From Parachlamydiales bacterium (GTDB taxonomy: Bacteria > Chlamydiota > Chlamydiia > Chlamydiales > Rhabdochlamydiaceae): a DNA stretch of 64,000 nucleotides. The notes below the pieces were generated by a model that did no database searches, was not told the origin of the DNA, and saw only the letters and a list, made by a program, of their open reading frames with translations. Numbering within the stretch: position 1 is the stretch's first letter; each line of letters starts with the position of its first letter. The stretch spans positions 224,001 through 288,000 of the forward strand of contig OY970065.1 in the NCBI GenBank assembly GCA_963705295.1, given 5' to 3'. The translations under genes were made by a program, and so were the position numbers. This document shows, piece after piece, positions 40,554 through 50,603 of this stretch.

Positions 40554-41021
40554 ATGAGAGCACTCTTTGCTGGAACCTTTGATCCCCCTTCTTTAGGGCA
40601 TTTAGATTTAATCGAAAGAGCTTCAAAACTGTGTGATGAGCTCGTCGTTGGTATTGGTGTCAATCCCAATAAAAAGACCGTTTTTTCTACCGAGAAGCGG
40701 ATGGAAATGCTCCACACCATCACCAAATCTCTTCGGAACATTCAGATTGTAGCCATTTCGGGCCTACTGGTCGATTTTGCTCATAAAAATAAAATTCCTC
40801 TCCTCATTCGAGGGCTCCGCTCTTTTTCAGAACTCGACCGTGAAATGCAACTCGCCATCATGAATAAAAATCTGACCGGCATTGAAACCGTTTTCCTTCC
40901 CTCCAATCCTCTCTACGCACATATCACCTCTTCTCTGATCCGAGAGCTGATCCTCAATAAAGCCGACTTAAGTTCGGTTGTTCCAGCATCGATCCAGAAG
41001 AAAGTCCTCATCCAAAGATAA
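40554..41021 (+). CDS. coaD: Phosphopantetheine adenylyltransferase
   Basis: GTFDPPSLGH, IRGLR, ITSSLIRE. Confidence 0.95.
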   Translation: MRALFAGTFDPPSLGHLDLIERASKLCDELVVGIGVNPNKKTVFSTEKRMEMLHTITKSLRNIQIVAISGLLVDFAHKNKIPLLIRGLRSFSELDREMQLAIMNKNLTGIETVFLPSNPLYAHITSSLIRELILNKADLSSVVPASIQKKVLIQR

Positions 41022-41928
41022 GCTTCCAATCCAGCGTTCCGATAAGAATGCCCAAAGCACAGACAGCATTGGCTTTCCAATTGACCTGTTCTTTGTAAAG
41101 CCATTTACCCCATAGATTGCAAAAGACAATGATGGTCACAGCAAAGAGCGGAAAAATCATCGCTTGCTCAACAGGAGAAGAAACCTCAGTAGCCCAGATC
41201 AAAAAAAATGTTCCAACACCATTGGCAATTCCGCCCAGTGTTCCAAACAAAACCTCGCCCGATTTTGGCTTCCGCTTTTCAGAGAGAAAATAGATCGCTG
41301 TTTGGATCACAAAAGCTGCGAAAAAAACCATCGGCATGAACCACTGACTCTTGGCATCTTCCAGCCCAAACGAAAGGAAAAGGGCTGTCGTCCCTGGATA
41401 ATTGACAAATAAAGCTCTCCAACTCAGAAAAACTAAAAAAACCGCATGCAGAGCAAAGGCCGACAAAACGTAGAAAAGCCAGCTCGATTTCTTTTCGTGT
41501 GTCGACGTTTGCCAACCAGCCCAAAATAGCCCCCCAATCACGAGCAGCGATCCAATCCCATTCCAAAGGGTGTATTTGTATCCAAACGTCGCACCAAAGA
41601 AAAGGATCATCAGAACCGAAGGCATCACTGTCGAAGCATTCAGAGCAGCAAACGTTAGCCCCGGAGGCCCTTTTTCCAATGCCCTACCAAGCGAAGCCAT
41701 CATGAGTGCCAGAACTACACCTCCCACCATGCCAAAGAGGGCCATCGAATGGCTCCAATGGTAATCACCACTTCGAACTGGATTTAAAAAAATCGCGACC
41801 AAAAAGACGAGAAATAGCTGAATCATCAAAAACGCTTTGGTCGTTCCACCCGCATCGATGCTCTTTCGCATGCAATAATTTGAAAAAGCAATGAACAATG
41901 CCGCTACTAAAATGAGCTGTATTCCCAT
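41008..41928 (-). CDS. DMT/EamA-like 10-TM transporter
   Basis: About 10 TM segments in two repeats over 306 aa. Confidence 0.7.
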   Translation of the reverse strand: MGIQLILVAALFIAFSNYCMRKSIDAGGTTKAFLMIQLFLVFLVAIFLNPVRSGDYHWSHSMALFGMVGGVVLALMMASLGRALEKGPPGLTFAALNASTVMPSVLMILFFGATFGYKYTLWNGIGSLLVIGGLFWAGWQTSTHEKKSSWLFYVLSAFALHAVFLVFLSWRALFVNYPGTTALFLSFGLEDAKSQWFMPMVFFAAFVIQTAIYFLSEKRKPKSGEVLFGTLGGIANGVGTFFLIWATEVSSPVEQAMIFPLFAVTIIVFCNLWGKWLYKEQVNWKANAVCALGILIGTLDWKLIFG

Positions 41929-41970
41929 ATAAAAATTCTCCTAGAATTACAACTATTTATGACGCGTTTA

Positions 41971-43296
41971 TCATTTTAAATCTAGTATCTCCGATACAAG
42001 ACGAGGAATTTCCTGGATCATATAAAATGGAACTGAAAGAATACCATCTTCTAAGGCAAGAGATGCTTGTGATACACGGAGTCCCAAAGGAGATTTTTTT
42101 TCAACCATGAATTGTCTTAATGAACGAAGATGGCCTTTTTTACCTGCTTTTACTTCTAAAGGAATGATATGATTACCAACTTCAATAACATAATCGACTT
42201 CAGCCTCTGCTCCTATTTTTTCTCTTTCCCAATAATAAAGAATAGGCCGTGTATATGGTTTTGAATAGGCAATTAATTCTTGCCCAACAAATTGTTCGGC
42301 TATATTACCACCATTAATAAGTGTCAGATCATCTGCCTGAATTGAGTGAGCACTTTGAGGAAGCAATCCCACATCAAGAAAGAGAAGTTTGAATTTTTTT
42401 TCATTTCTTTGCACTTCTAGGGGAATTCCTGAAGCTGAATTCGCAAAAACTTGGTGTAGGATACCAATGCGTGTCAAAACCTCGAGTGATTCTAAATAAT
42501 CTCGAGATTGAGCATGAGGATGAATTTTTGCATACTTGAAATGATCACCAATAAGCCTAGGAGCTGCTTCAAATAAAAGTCTCATAAATTTCTGTTGTGA
42601 ACTTCGAGGATATTTTCCTAAATCATTTTCATATGTATTTAAAATATTTTGATGAATGCGATCGATGCCTAAATATTGATGATGCATTAAAAAAAATGAA
42701 ACAGCTTCTGGCATACCTCCGATGAAAAAAAACTCTTTTACGGATTGAAGCAAACTAAAATGTGTCCCTGGACCAATTGGTTTATGAGGAGTCGATTCTC
42801 TAATCCAAGAAAGAGTATTATCATTCCCTTTTGCTAATAAAAATTCGACAAAAGATAAAGGACGCATATATAAGTACTCAATTCTGCCAACAGGGAAGGA
42901 AAAACGGTCATCTCCCATGATAAATTCGAGCAATGATCCTGCTGCTATGACATGTAAGTCAGCCATTTGCTCTTTAAAAAATCGTAAACTTAATAGAGCA
43001 TTTGGACATGCCTGAATCTCATCGAAAAACAAGAGAGTTTTTCCAGGAATAATGGGTTGGTTTAACTGAGCTGATAAATCACGTATTAAGAATTTAGGGG
43101 TGAGATCGGCATCGAAGGTTTTTCTTATTTCCTTTGATTCTTCAAAATTTATTGAAACAAAAAATTCAAAGTTTTCTTTTCCAAATTTTTCAATGATATA
43201 ACTTTTTCCGACCTGTCTGGCTCCTCTGAGAAGAAGGGGCTTTCTATCATTTTGAGTTTTCCATTTTAATAAGTCATATTCCAACGATCTTTTCAT
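41971..43296 (-). CDS. AAA_14 ATPase with DUF4143 / PD-(D/E)xK-like C-terminus
   Basis: GARQVGKS, FFDEIQ, AAGS, FPVGR, GGMPE, AEVDYV...EVK; AGGAG RBS before ATG 43296. Confidence 0.88.
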   Translation of the reverse strand: MKRSLEYDLLKWKTQNDRKPLLLRGARQVGKSYIIEKFGKENFEFFVSINFEESKEIRKTFDADLTPKFLIRDLSAQLNQPIIPGKTLLFFDEIQACPNALLSLRFFKEQMADLHVIAAGSLLEFIMGDDRFSFPVGRIEYLYMRPLSFVEFLLAKGNDNTLSWIRESTPHKPIGPGTHFSLLQSVKEFFFIGGMPEAVSFFLMHHQYLGIDRIHQNILNTYENDLGKYPRSSQQKFMRLLFEAAPRLIGDHFKYAKIHPHAQSRDYLESLEVLTRIGILHQVFANSASGIPLEVQRNEKKFKLLFLDVGLLPQSAHSIQADDLTLINGGNIAEQFVGQELIAYSKPYTRPILYYWEREKIGAEAEVDYVIEVGNHIIPLEVKAGKKGHLRSLRQFMVEKKSPLGLRVSQASLALEDGILSVPFYMIQEIPRLVSEILDLK

Positions 43297-43314
43297 TTCT
43301 CTCCTATTTCTCAA

Positions 43315-43364
43315 CAATTTTGAAGGAAATATGGGGGCTATTTTCTGCAATTTTGAAGGAAATA
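43315..43364. repeat. 17-bp direct repeat upstream of the AAA_14/DUF4143 gene
   Basis: CAATTTTGAAGGAAATA at 43315-43331 and 43348-43364 (33-bp period). Confidence 0.8.
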
Positions 43365-43436
43365 GCCATTTAAAGCAATAGCACCTGAGAATCAGAGACT
43401 TAGATCTCTAAACTATAAGCTTTTGATAATCAATGA

Positions 43437-45992
43437 CTAATTGATTTTCTTGCCGTTTTCCCATTTGGTTTCGGAACAAATTCCTTTGTCATCGAATGAT
43501 TTTTTGACACCGGTGATTTGATCATTGACGAAAGTTTGGATCACTTGGGGCTTGCCGTCGTCGAAATATTTATTGAACTTGCCATGCCGGAGGCCGTCTT
43601 TATATTCTGCTTCGAAGACAAGGATACCCTTGTCGTTCCACCTTCGAAAGACTCCATCGAGTTTTCCACGGATATAAAAAGCTTCGTGGGCCATGTTGCC
43701 ATTTTCAAAATATCCTCTTTCGATTCCGTTTCTCTCATCGATGGAATAGTCGGTTTCTGAAAGAACTTGTCCTTTTGGATAATACTCGATGACTTTTCCT
43801 TCCCTCTTTCCTTTCTGAAAAGGAATTTTGAGGACGGTATTTCCCTTTGTGTCGAAAACTTGGCATATCCCTTCTTTTTCTCCATGCACATAGGGAGTCG
43901 AGCTGATTTTATTTCCTTTGATGTCGTACTCGACGGCTTCTCCTTCCGGTTCTCCTTCAACAAACTGCACTTCAAAAGCTTTTTGCTTATTAAATCCATC
44001 TTCAGAGGGGTAATAAATTTCATGGAAACCGTGCCTACGGTTTTTATGATAATTGTAGACGAGCTCTTTCCCATCTTGCATCTTTTGGAAAAATTTCCCA
44101 CTCAATTTTCCTGCCTCATACCAAGCTTCCGTGATCAGATCTCCTTCTTCATTCCAAGAGGCTGTCATTCCATCGAGCTCTCCGTCTTTGTAATGTCTGA
44201 GAGTTTGAGTTTTCCCGTTGGGATAGAAGGTTTTAGCTTCTCCGATCAGCCTTCCTTCATCATCATAATGATATTGACAGGCAACTGTTTTATCTTGATA
44301 GAACTCCCGATGTTCGCCGGTAGGAACTCCTTTTTTGAATTGTTGGGAAAGACGGACAGTTCCATCTTCGAAAAATGTTTCGAATTTCCCATCGAGTGCA
44401 TCTTCTTTGTAGGTCGCACTGAGCTTCAATGTTCCGTTTGCAAAAAATTGTTTTTCAATCCCCTCTTTCTTTCCATCGACAAAATGCATGATGTACTTGG
44501 ACCTTTCTTTCTCATACCAAGCTTTGACAGTCCCGTGGGGAAGATTCTCTTTGTAATTCACCTCCAAAACGAGTTCCCCTCTCTCATTCCATTCACGATG
44601 AAGGCCACTTTTGGAGTTTAATTGATACTCTCCCTCAAATTTTTGAATTCCGTCTCCATACCATTCACATTTTTTGCCATCGAGCTTATCTTCGGTATAA
44701 TTTTCTTCTAATTTTTTCTCTCCATTGAGATACCATGTGAGAAGTTTTCCCTGTTTTTTTCCACCTTTATAGTGAGACAAAATAGAAGGTTTACCATCTT
44801 CAAACCACTCGCCGTACTCTCCATCTTTTAGTTTATCTTTGTAGGCCATCTGTTTCTTGAGCTGCCCTGAAGGATAGTATTCTTTTTGGACACCATCGAA
44901 TTCTCCACCGGTATATAAGTATTCAGCTTTAGATTTACCGTTGTCGAACCAAAGTTTGAATTCCCCTTCGAACTTCTGATCCGTTAAGAAATATTCAACA
45001 GTTTTTTGGCCTGCTTCATTCCACTCTTCGATACGACCCAGGAGATTGCTGTTTTGATCGTAATTGGCAAGAAAACTTGGATTCCCATTCGGATGATTGC
45101 GCCAATGTTTACCAATGGGTATGCCCCGTCTGTATTCCCCTTCACCCAGAAGTTTTCCATCTTCACCGTAGAAAAACTCTTTACCCTCTTTTTTTCCTGT
45201 TTTGTAAGTGACCTTGTAAGCTTCTTTTCCACTGGGGTGATACTTCACATGTGTTCCAAACGGTTCACCCCGTCTAAAATCTTGGACTTCTATCATGGCG
45301 TGATCTTTCGAATAGACAACAACAGCTGGATTCTTACCGTCGGAATCGAGGAGACCTTTTTCAAAGTTACATTGCCTCTTTAAACTTCCATTTTCATACC
45401 ATTCTAAGGCCTTCCCCTGAGGCATCCCATCGACATAAACCGTCAAAGAAGCTTTTCCTCCCTTAGGAAAGTATTTGATGTATTCTCCGGCGATCTTGTC
45501 CTCTTCGTACGACAACTCTTCTGCTTTATTTCCATCTAAGAAGTAGACGACAGCAGGCCCGTCTCTTTTTCCATTTTTAAAATGACACTGAGCCTTGATT
45601 TTACTCGTCGGATAATAGAGGGTCATTTCTCCATCCAAGACACCTTGCTGATAATGGACGACTTTTTCAGCCACGCCTCTTTCATCCAAATCGATTTCAA
45701 CGCCGTGGTGAATTAATTTGATTTTGCCTTCCGCGTCGACGGTAGAGGTGACATCGGCTTCGATCTTAAGTTGCCCATTGGGGTGATACGTTATGAGTTT
45801 GACAGCAACGGGAGGCTCATCTCCCAGTTCTTCATAAAACACAATTTTTGATGGTGTACCAGAGCCATACCGCTCCTCAATTTTAGCTTTCCAGTGAGGT
45901 TCTTGCGGCCGCGGCCTGGCTTTGAGAGGTGAATCTTCCAGACCAAAGATCGTAGAAAATGCAAAAATGATAACCCAACCAACATGTCGCAT
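43437..45992 (-). CDS. Exported MORN_2/YwqK-like repeat protein (851 aa)
   Basis: Signal peptide; tens of Y/W-Y/F-x-N/D-G...Y-x-x-G-x-x-x-G repeats. Confidence 0.8.
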   Translation of the reverse strand: MRHVGWVIIFAFSTIFGLEDSPLKARPRPQEPHWKAKIEERYGSGTPSKIVFYEELGDEPPVAVKLITYHPNGQLKIEADVTSTVDAEGKIKLIHHGVEIDLDERGVAEKVVHYQQGVLDGEMTLYYPTSKIKAQCHFKNGKRDGPAVVYFLDGNKAEELSYEEDKIAGEYIKYFPKGGKASLTVYVDGMPQGKALEWYENGSLKRQCNFEKGLLDSDGKNPAVVVYSKDHAMIEVQDFRRGEPFGTHVKYHPSGKEAYKVTYKTGKKEGKEFFYGEDGKLLGEGEYRRGIPIGKHWRNHPNGNPSFLANYDQNSNLLGRIEEWNEAGQKTVEYFLTDQKFEGEFKLWFDNGKSKAEYLYTGGEFDGVQKEYYPSGQLKKQMAYKDKLKDGEYGEWFEDGKPSILSHYKGGKKQGKLLTWYLNGEKKLEENYTEDKLDGKKCEWYGDGIQKFEGEYQLNSKSGLHREWNERGELVLEVNYKENLPHGTVKAWYEKERSKYIMHFVDGKKEGIEKQFFANGTLKLSATYKEDALDGKFETFFEDGTVRLSQQFKKGVPTGEHREFYQDKTVACQYHYDDEGRLIGEAKTFYPNGKTQTLRHYKDGELDGMTASWNEEGDLITEAWYEAGKLSGKFFQKMQDGKELVYNYHKNRRHGFHEIYYPSEDGFNKQKAFEVQFVEGEPEGEAVEYDIKGNKISSTPYVHGEKEGICQVFDTKGNTVLKIPFQKGKREGKVIEYYPKGQVLSETDYSIDERNGIERGYFENGNMAHEAFYIRGKLDGVFRRWNDKGILVFEAEYKDGLRHGKFNKYFDDGKPQVIQTFVNDQITGVKKSFDDKGICSETKWENGKKIN

Positions 45993-46030
45993 AATAAAAT
46001 CCTTTATTTGGGTGAGTATATCTAAAGATG

Positions 46031-46063
46031 AAAAAAAACGCCTCTAAGAATATAGAGGCGTTT
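46031..46063 (-). terminator. Rho-independent terminator
   Basis: Minus strand AAACGCCTCTA-loop-TAGAGGCG followed by T8, just after the stop at 46075. Confidence 0.8.
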
Positions 46064-46074
46064 AGAAAAATTCC

Positions 46075-46464
46075 TTACATGAAAAAGCCAATCCAGCAAA
46101 GACCTAGTCCCCATACGAGAGGTACGACACCCCAAACGCGGGTAAAGTGTGGATTGCCCATATAAAAGTCCATGAGTAGTTGTGGAACAAAGAGACCCAT
46201 GATACCACGTACAACCATGAACCAGCCTAAAATTGTTACCATCACAAAAGCATTCCATGCCCAAAGATCGTATTGGCTGAGGACTGCGAATCCAACCAAC
46301 AGATGAACGATTGAGCTGAAATACATAATCCCCGGAGAACTTTTGAAATTATTCAGAACTTTTATTAAATGATCTGCATAAATCAATGTCCAAATTCCGA
46401 CGATCACTAAAAGTGGACCGAAGATACTCGCGATCCATGTAGCTGCGCCTTGCATACCTTGCAT
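46075..46464 (-). CDS. Hypothetical 4-TM membrane protein
   Basis: Four hydrophobic segments; GGAGGA RBS; own terminator. Confidence 0.75.
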   Translation of the reverse strand: MQGMQGAATWIASIFGPLLVIVGIWTLIYADHLIKVLNNFKSSPGIMYFSSIVHLLVGFAVLSQYDLWAWNAFVMVTILGWFMVVRGIMGLFVPQLLMDFYMGNPHFTRVWGVVPLVWGLGLCWIGFFM

Positions 46465-46536
46465 TTCCTTTTCCTCCTTAGAAATAAAGTTAGAGTTGGT
46501 ACCCTATACTTAAACGCAACATAAGGAGTTAAGAAA

Positions 46537-46995
46537 TTATTTGTCAAATCGATTATATTTGCCCATGAGCTGGGTTTCTTCGAGGATGTGGGTTTTCATT
46601 GCTTCGACCACTTCTTCCTTGGTGGCACCGGGTTTGAGGGGAAGCATCGAGTTGAGGGCGTAGAGTTTGAAAAAATACCGGTGTTCACGGTCGGGAGGGC
46701 AAGGACCTTCATAACGGTTTTTACCGCCCGTCCCTTTTCCTTGGATGCCCAGAGGGATGGAGTTTTCTTCGATAGTAGACGTTTCTGGGGGAATATTGTA
46801 GACGACCCAATGGACCCACATCTTGTCTTTTCGTACGGAAGTTGGGACATCGGGATCATCGACGATGAGGACCAGGGAGCGGGCTCCTTGGGGGACATTT
46901 CTAATTTCTAGGGGAGGATTAATGTCTTTTCCATCGCAGGTATAAACTGCTGGGATGTTTCCTCCATCTTTAAAGGCTTGACTACTCAGGTCCAT
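46537..46995 (-). CDS. YbhB/YbcL family PEBP (Raf kinase inhibitor-like) protein
   Basis: YTCDG, DDPD, WVHWVVYNIP, YEGPCPP, HRYFFKLYAL. Confidence 0.92.
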   Translation of the reverse strand: MDLSSQAFKDGGNIPAVYTCDGKDINPPLEIRNVPQGARSLVLIVDDPDVPTSVRKDKMWVHWVVYNIPPETSTIEENSIPLGIQGKGTGGKNRYEGPCPPDREHRYFFKLYALNSMLPLKPGATKEEVVEAMKTHILEETQLMGKYNRFDK

Positions 46996-47509
46996 TCTTT
47001 TTCCTCTTCTTCATGGGCTTTTCTGGGCACGTTTGGGAAACGGTATCCGTAGGATACTCTTTCAAAAACTTAATTTGAATAGGCTTTCTGAGGTCGACAA
47101 ATAACGCTTCCTGGGAGCTCTTGAGTCCGAGACATTCGTGCGGTGTGATATCTCCCGTCGAGGAAATTTTCAGGCGTAAAGCCGCTTGACTTTCCTCTCT
47201 GAGAAAGATTTTTTCAACGGTCTTGAGTTCGATGACGCGAGGCTTTAAAATCTTTTCCCCGGTTCGGCTCCTGGCCTTCCAAATGGAATCTTTGTAAAGC
47301 TCCAGTTCCATATCGGATTTCAGCGCCAAGGCTTCGATCTGGAGTTCTTCTAGGAGATTTTTAAACTCTTCCATCTCCGAGTTGAAACGTTGTTTGTGGA
47401 GCATATTCTGCAATGACCAAACAGTGACACCTCCTATCAAGACAATAAGGCTGATCGTGATCAGAATCTCTAAGAGGGAAAACGGTCGTTTCTTTCTATT
47501 TTGCGGCAT
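46982..47509 (-). CDS. Type II secretion minor pseudopilin (GspH-like)
   Basis: Prepilin-like KKRP|FSLLEILITISLIVLIGG; ATG at 47509. Confidence 0.7.
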   Translation of the reverse strand: MPQNRKKRPFSLLEILITISLIVLIGGVTVWSLQNMLHKQRFNSEMEEFKNLLEELQIEALALKSDMELELYKDSIWKARSRTGEKILKPRVIELKTVEKIFLREESQAALRLKISSTGDITPHECLGLKSSQEALFVDLRKPIQIKFLKEYPTDTVSQTCPEKPMKKRKKNGPE

Positions 47510-47855
47510 TCTCAGATTTAACGACGATCTGCCCCTCTGATTGATCAATTATATATTCTTTTCCCCAACCATCTTTGAGAAAGTTTTTGACTTCACCTGC
47601 AGGTATTAAACCCGAATCTTTTAAACAGTTTTCAACTTTGCTTTTGTCAGAGAGCAAATCGGCCACCGTGGCAGCTCCAGATTGGATTTCGAGATTCAAA
47701 ATATCTTCGAGCTTTCGGGCCCCTTGTTCGGTACGGAATTTTTTCCCTTTATCGAGACTTCCCTTGAGATTATAGCTAATCACCCCTCCAATGAGGCCGA
47801 TCAGCAGAATAACGATCATGATTTCTAAAAGGGTAATTGCTCTTTTTTTGCGCAT
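47496..47855 (-). CDS. Type II secretion pseudopilin (GspG-like)
   Basis: MRKKRA|ITLLEIMIVILLIGLIG and C-terminal DGWG. Confidence 0.75.
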   Translation of the reverse strand: MRKKRAITLLEIMIVILLIGLIGGVISYNLKGSLDKGKKFRTEQGARKLEDILNLEIQSGAATVADLLSDKSKVENCLKDSGLIPAGEVKNFLKDGWGKEYIIDQSEGQIVVKSENAAK

Positions 47856-47862
47856 ATTTTTC

Positions 47863-49050
47863 CTATTGTTGTAAAACTGAGCCCACATCTGTCAGAGGAA
47901 TAAGGATGGAGAGAAGGACGGTTCCAACAATGAGGCCGAGCACCAGCAGCAGGACCGGCTGGAGGAGGGCTGTAAATTGTTGTAATTTTTTTTCTAAGTT
48001 CTCTTCGCAGATGTTGGATATATTTTGTAACATATTTCCGATTTTTCCGGTCTCTTCAGCAATTGCAAGCATTCTGGGGACAATGGAAGAAATTAAAGTA
48101 GAGTCTTTCAATTGCTGACTTAAAGGTTTTCCTTCACTGACCTTTTGTTCGGCACGTTCGATGATGGCTTCTAAAGGAATATTTTTCATGACGCCCCGAG
48201 AAAGCCGCAGGGTTTGCAAGATGGGCAGGCCACCTTGGAGGAGTAAAGAAGCAGTACGACAAAACCGGATCGTAGCGGCTTCCCGCATAAAATCTCCAAC
48301 AAGAGGAATTTTTAAAACCCACTTATCTAAATAGACACGGAAGTGTGCGCTCCGGAGGCCAAAGATGAACGCTCCTAGACAAGAGAGAAAACTGAAGGCT
48401 AGCCAGATTCCGTAGGCTCTCACAAAATCGCTCGCTCCAAAAACGATTCGAGTGATGGGGTGAAGAGCTCTTCCATCAAACAAAGCTTTCATCGATGGAA
48501 TGACAAACAGAAGCAAGGCAAAAAAGACAACACAGCAAAATCCCCCTAAAAACATCGGATAAGCGGCCGCTGAAAAGAGTTGTTTTTTCAATTTTTGTTG
48601 CTTATGGAGAAGCTCGCGGAGCTCTTCAAACACTTTAGGAAGCGATCCTGACTGTTCGCCGGCATGAACCATGGCGACATAGATGGGATCAAAACTCTTG
48701 GGATATTTACTGAGGGTTGCAGAGAGTGAAGATCCCGACTTGAGAGCATCGCAAAGATCCATGAGGAGGGGATGGAACCGGTGGTGATGGTATTTCTCCT
48801 CGATAATGACAAGACTTTCATAGAGAGGGATCCCCGCCTGAAGTAGCTGGCCTAGCATCCGCGTGAAATCGAGAAGAAAAGGGAAAGGAAGATGGATCTC
48901 TTTCTTTTTCTCTTTGAAAAAGGCGAGATCGGTAACGAGGATTTGTTCTTTTCGAAGTTTTTCCTTCGCAGCCATGATCGAATCGGCATCGATCACCCCC
49001 GACATTTTCTTGCCGCCGACAGAAAGAGCTTGATACCGGAAGAGTGCCAT
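47863..49050 (-). CDS. gspF: Type II secretion inner membrane platform protein
   Basis: AGEQSGSL, YPMFL, IAEETGKI, LLQPVLL. Confidence 0.92.
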   Translation of the reverse strand: MALFRYQALSVGGKKMSGVIDADSIMAAKEKLRKEQILVTDLAFFKEKKKEIHLPFPFLLDFTRMLGQLLQAGIPLYESLVIIEEKYHHHRFHPLLMDLCDALKSGSSLSATLSKYPKSFDPIYVAMVHAGEQSGSLPKVFEELRELLHKQQKLKKQLFSAAAYPMFLGGFCCVVFFALLLFVIPSMKALFDGRALHPITRIVFGASDFVRAYGIWLAFSFLSCLGAFIFGLRSAHFRVYLDKWVLKIPLVGDFMREAATIRFCRTASLLLQGGLPILQTLRLSRGVMKNIPLEAIIERAEQKVSEGKPLSQQLKDSTLISSIVPRMLAIAEETGKIGNMLQNISNICEENLEKKLQQFTALLQPVLLLVLGLIVGTVLLSILIPLTDVGSVLQQ

Positions 49051-49052
49051 CT

Positions 49053-50603
49053 CTATTCTCCCTCGTAGCCACGCGTTACACGGAGAACTTCAGCTGAGGT
49101 TGTGAGTCCTCGGAGAACCAGTTCAGCTCCATTTGCACGGAGCGGAGTCATTCCATTGTCGAGAGCGACTTGCCTCAGTTCCACTGCATCGGCACTTTTC
49201 AGGATCTGTTGTTTGACAGCATGGCTCATCACCATCAGTTCGTAAATCCCATGACGTCCTTTGTAGCCTAGATCGAAACATAGAGGACATCCTCGACCTC
49301 GGTAAAATGTTTGGGGGTGATTCAGACCGAGTTCACGGCATTCCAGCTCGGTCGGCTCGTAAGCTTCTCGACAATTTGGACAAATCGTCCGAACTAGCCT
49401 TTGAGCAAGAACACCGACCACCGTGGATGAAAGGAGGTACGGCTCTGTTCCAATTTCAACCAAACGGGTTAAAGCGGAAGGAGCATCGTTGGTGTGGAGG
49501 GTGCTTAAAACAAGGTGTCCTGTGAGAGAAGCTTGGATGGCGATCTCGGCTGTTTCTTTATCTCGAATTTCACCGATCATAATGATGTCGGGATCTTGCC
49601 TTAAAATATGACGGAGACCGGTGGCAAAATCGAGGTGGATTTTCGGATTTACACCGACTTGAGCCATATTGGGCAGTTTATATTCGACCGGATCTTCGAT
49701 GGTCATGATATTGACTTCTGGTGAACTGATATCATGGATGGCGCTGTAGAGGGTTGTTGTTTTACCACTTCCGGTGGGGCCTGTGACGAAGATAATTCCC
49801 TCACTGAGGTGCGTTAGCTTTTCGAACTTTTCCAGCACCTCTTCAGCCATTCCGAGCCGATCCAATCCTAGGATAATGTTTCCCTTATCGAGAATCCTCA
49901 AAACGACCCTCTCCCCATAAACGACGGGAATGGTGCTGACACGGAAATCGATTTCACGTCCGCCGATTTTGAGTTTAATACGACCATCTTGAGGGAGGCG
50001 TTGTTCTGCAATATCGAGCTTTGCAAGGACTTTGATGCGCGCGAGAAGCTGGAGCTGGAGGTCTTTTGGGGGTGTGTGACGGAGTTGCAAAACACCATCG
50101 ATCCGATACCGTATCACAAGACCTTGCTCGGACGGTTCGAAATGGATATCGGAGGCGCCTTGCTGAATCGCCTCCGTCATGACGACATTGAGGAGCCTGA
50201 TGACCGGAGAATCGGCAGTATGAGCTAAAAGATCGTATCCTTCGGTTTCGATCTCTTGCTCAGGAGTATTTTCGCGGAGCGAAGCGATCAGATTGGAGGC
50301 TGCGTCATCTTTCTGATGGTAACAACATTCTATAGCGGTGTCGATGGCACTTCTTGGTGCACACACCTCTTGAAGCTTTTTTCCAGTCAGACATCTCATT
50401 TCTTCGAGGCATTCGAGGTCGAGCGGGTCTTCGAGGGCGATGATCAGTTTTCCATCCTGTTCATCGATGGGAATGACTTTCTTTGCTTTAGCAACGGTAT
50501 AAGGAATGATCTGAATCTTATCTCGAATATAAGGGTATGTGAGCAGATCTGTAATGTAGGGGATGTTGTAAGTCTGACAAACTTCTGTGATGTTATCGTA
50601 CAT
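49053..50603 (-). CDS. gspE: Type II secretion ATPase
   Basis: ASDIHFEP, GPTGSGKTT, TIEDPVE, RQDPDIIMIGEIRD, TLHTN, CxxC...CxxC. Confidence 0.95.
   Translation of the reverse strand: MYDNITEVCQTYNIPYITDLLTYPYIRDKIQIIPYTVAKAKKVIPIDEQDGKLIIALEDPLDLECLEEMRCLTGKKLQEVCAPRSAIDTAIECCYHQKDDAASNLIASLRENTPEQEIETEGYDLLAHTADSPVIRLLNVVMTEAIQQGASDIHFEPSEQGLVIRYRIDGVLQLRHTPPKDLQLQLLARIKVLAKLDIAEQRLPQDGRIKLKIGGREIDFRVSTIPVVYGERVVLRILDKGNIILGLDRLGMAEEVLEKFEKLTHLSEGIIFVTGPTGSGKTTTLYSAIHDISSPEVNIMTIEDPVEYKLPNMAQVGVNPKIHLDFATGLRHILRQDPDIIMIGEIRDKETAEIAIQASLTGHLVLSTLHTNDAPSALTRLVEIGTEPYLLSSTVVGVLAQRLVRTICPNCREAYEPTELECRELGLNHPQTFYRGRGCPLCFDLGYKGRHGIYELMVMSHAVKQQILKSADAVELRQVALDNGMTPLRANGAELVLRGLTTSAEVLRVTRGYEGE

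Noticed and set aside
43315..43364. Direct repeat as a mini CRISPR array
   Set aside because: Only two 17-bp copies with a 16-bp spacer and no cas genes
43541..44621. Long alternative-frame ORFs (186 and 284 aa)
   Set aside because: Shadows of the repetitive MORN gene with no recognisable motifs
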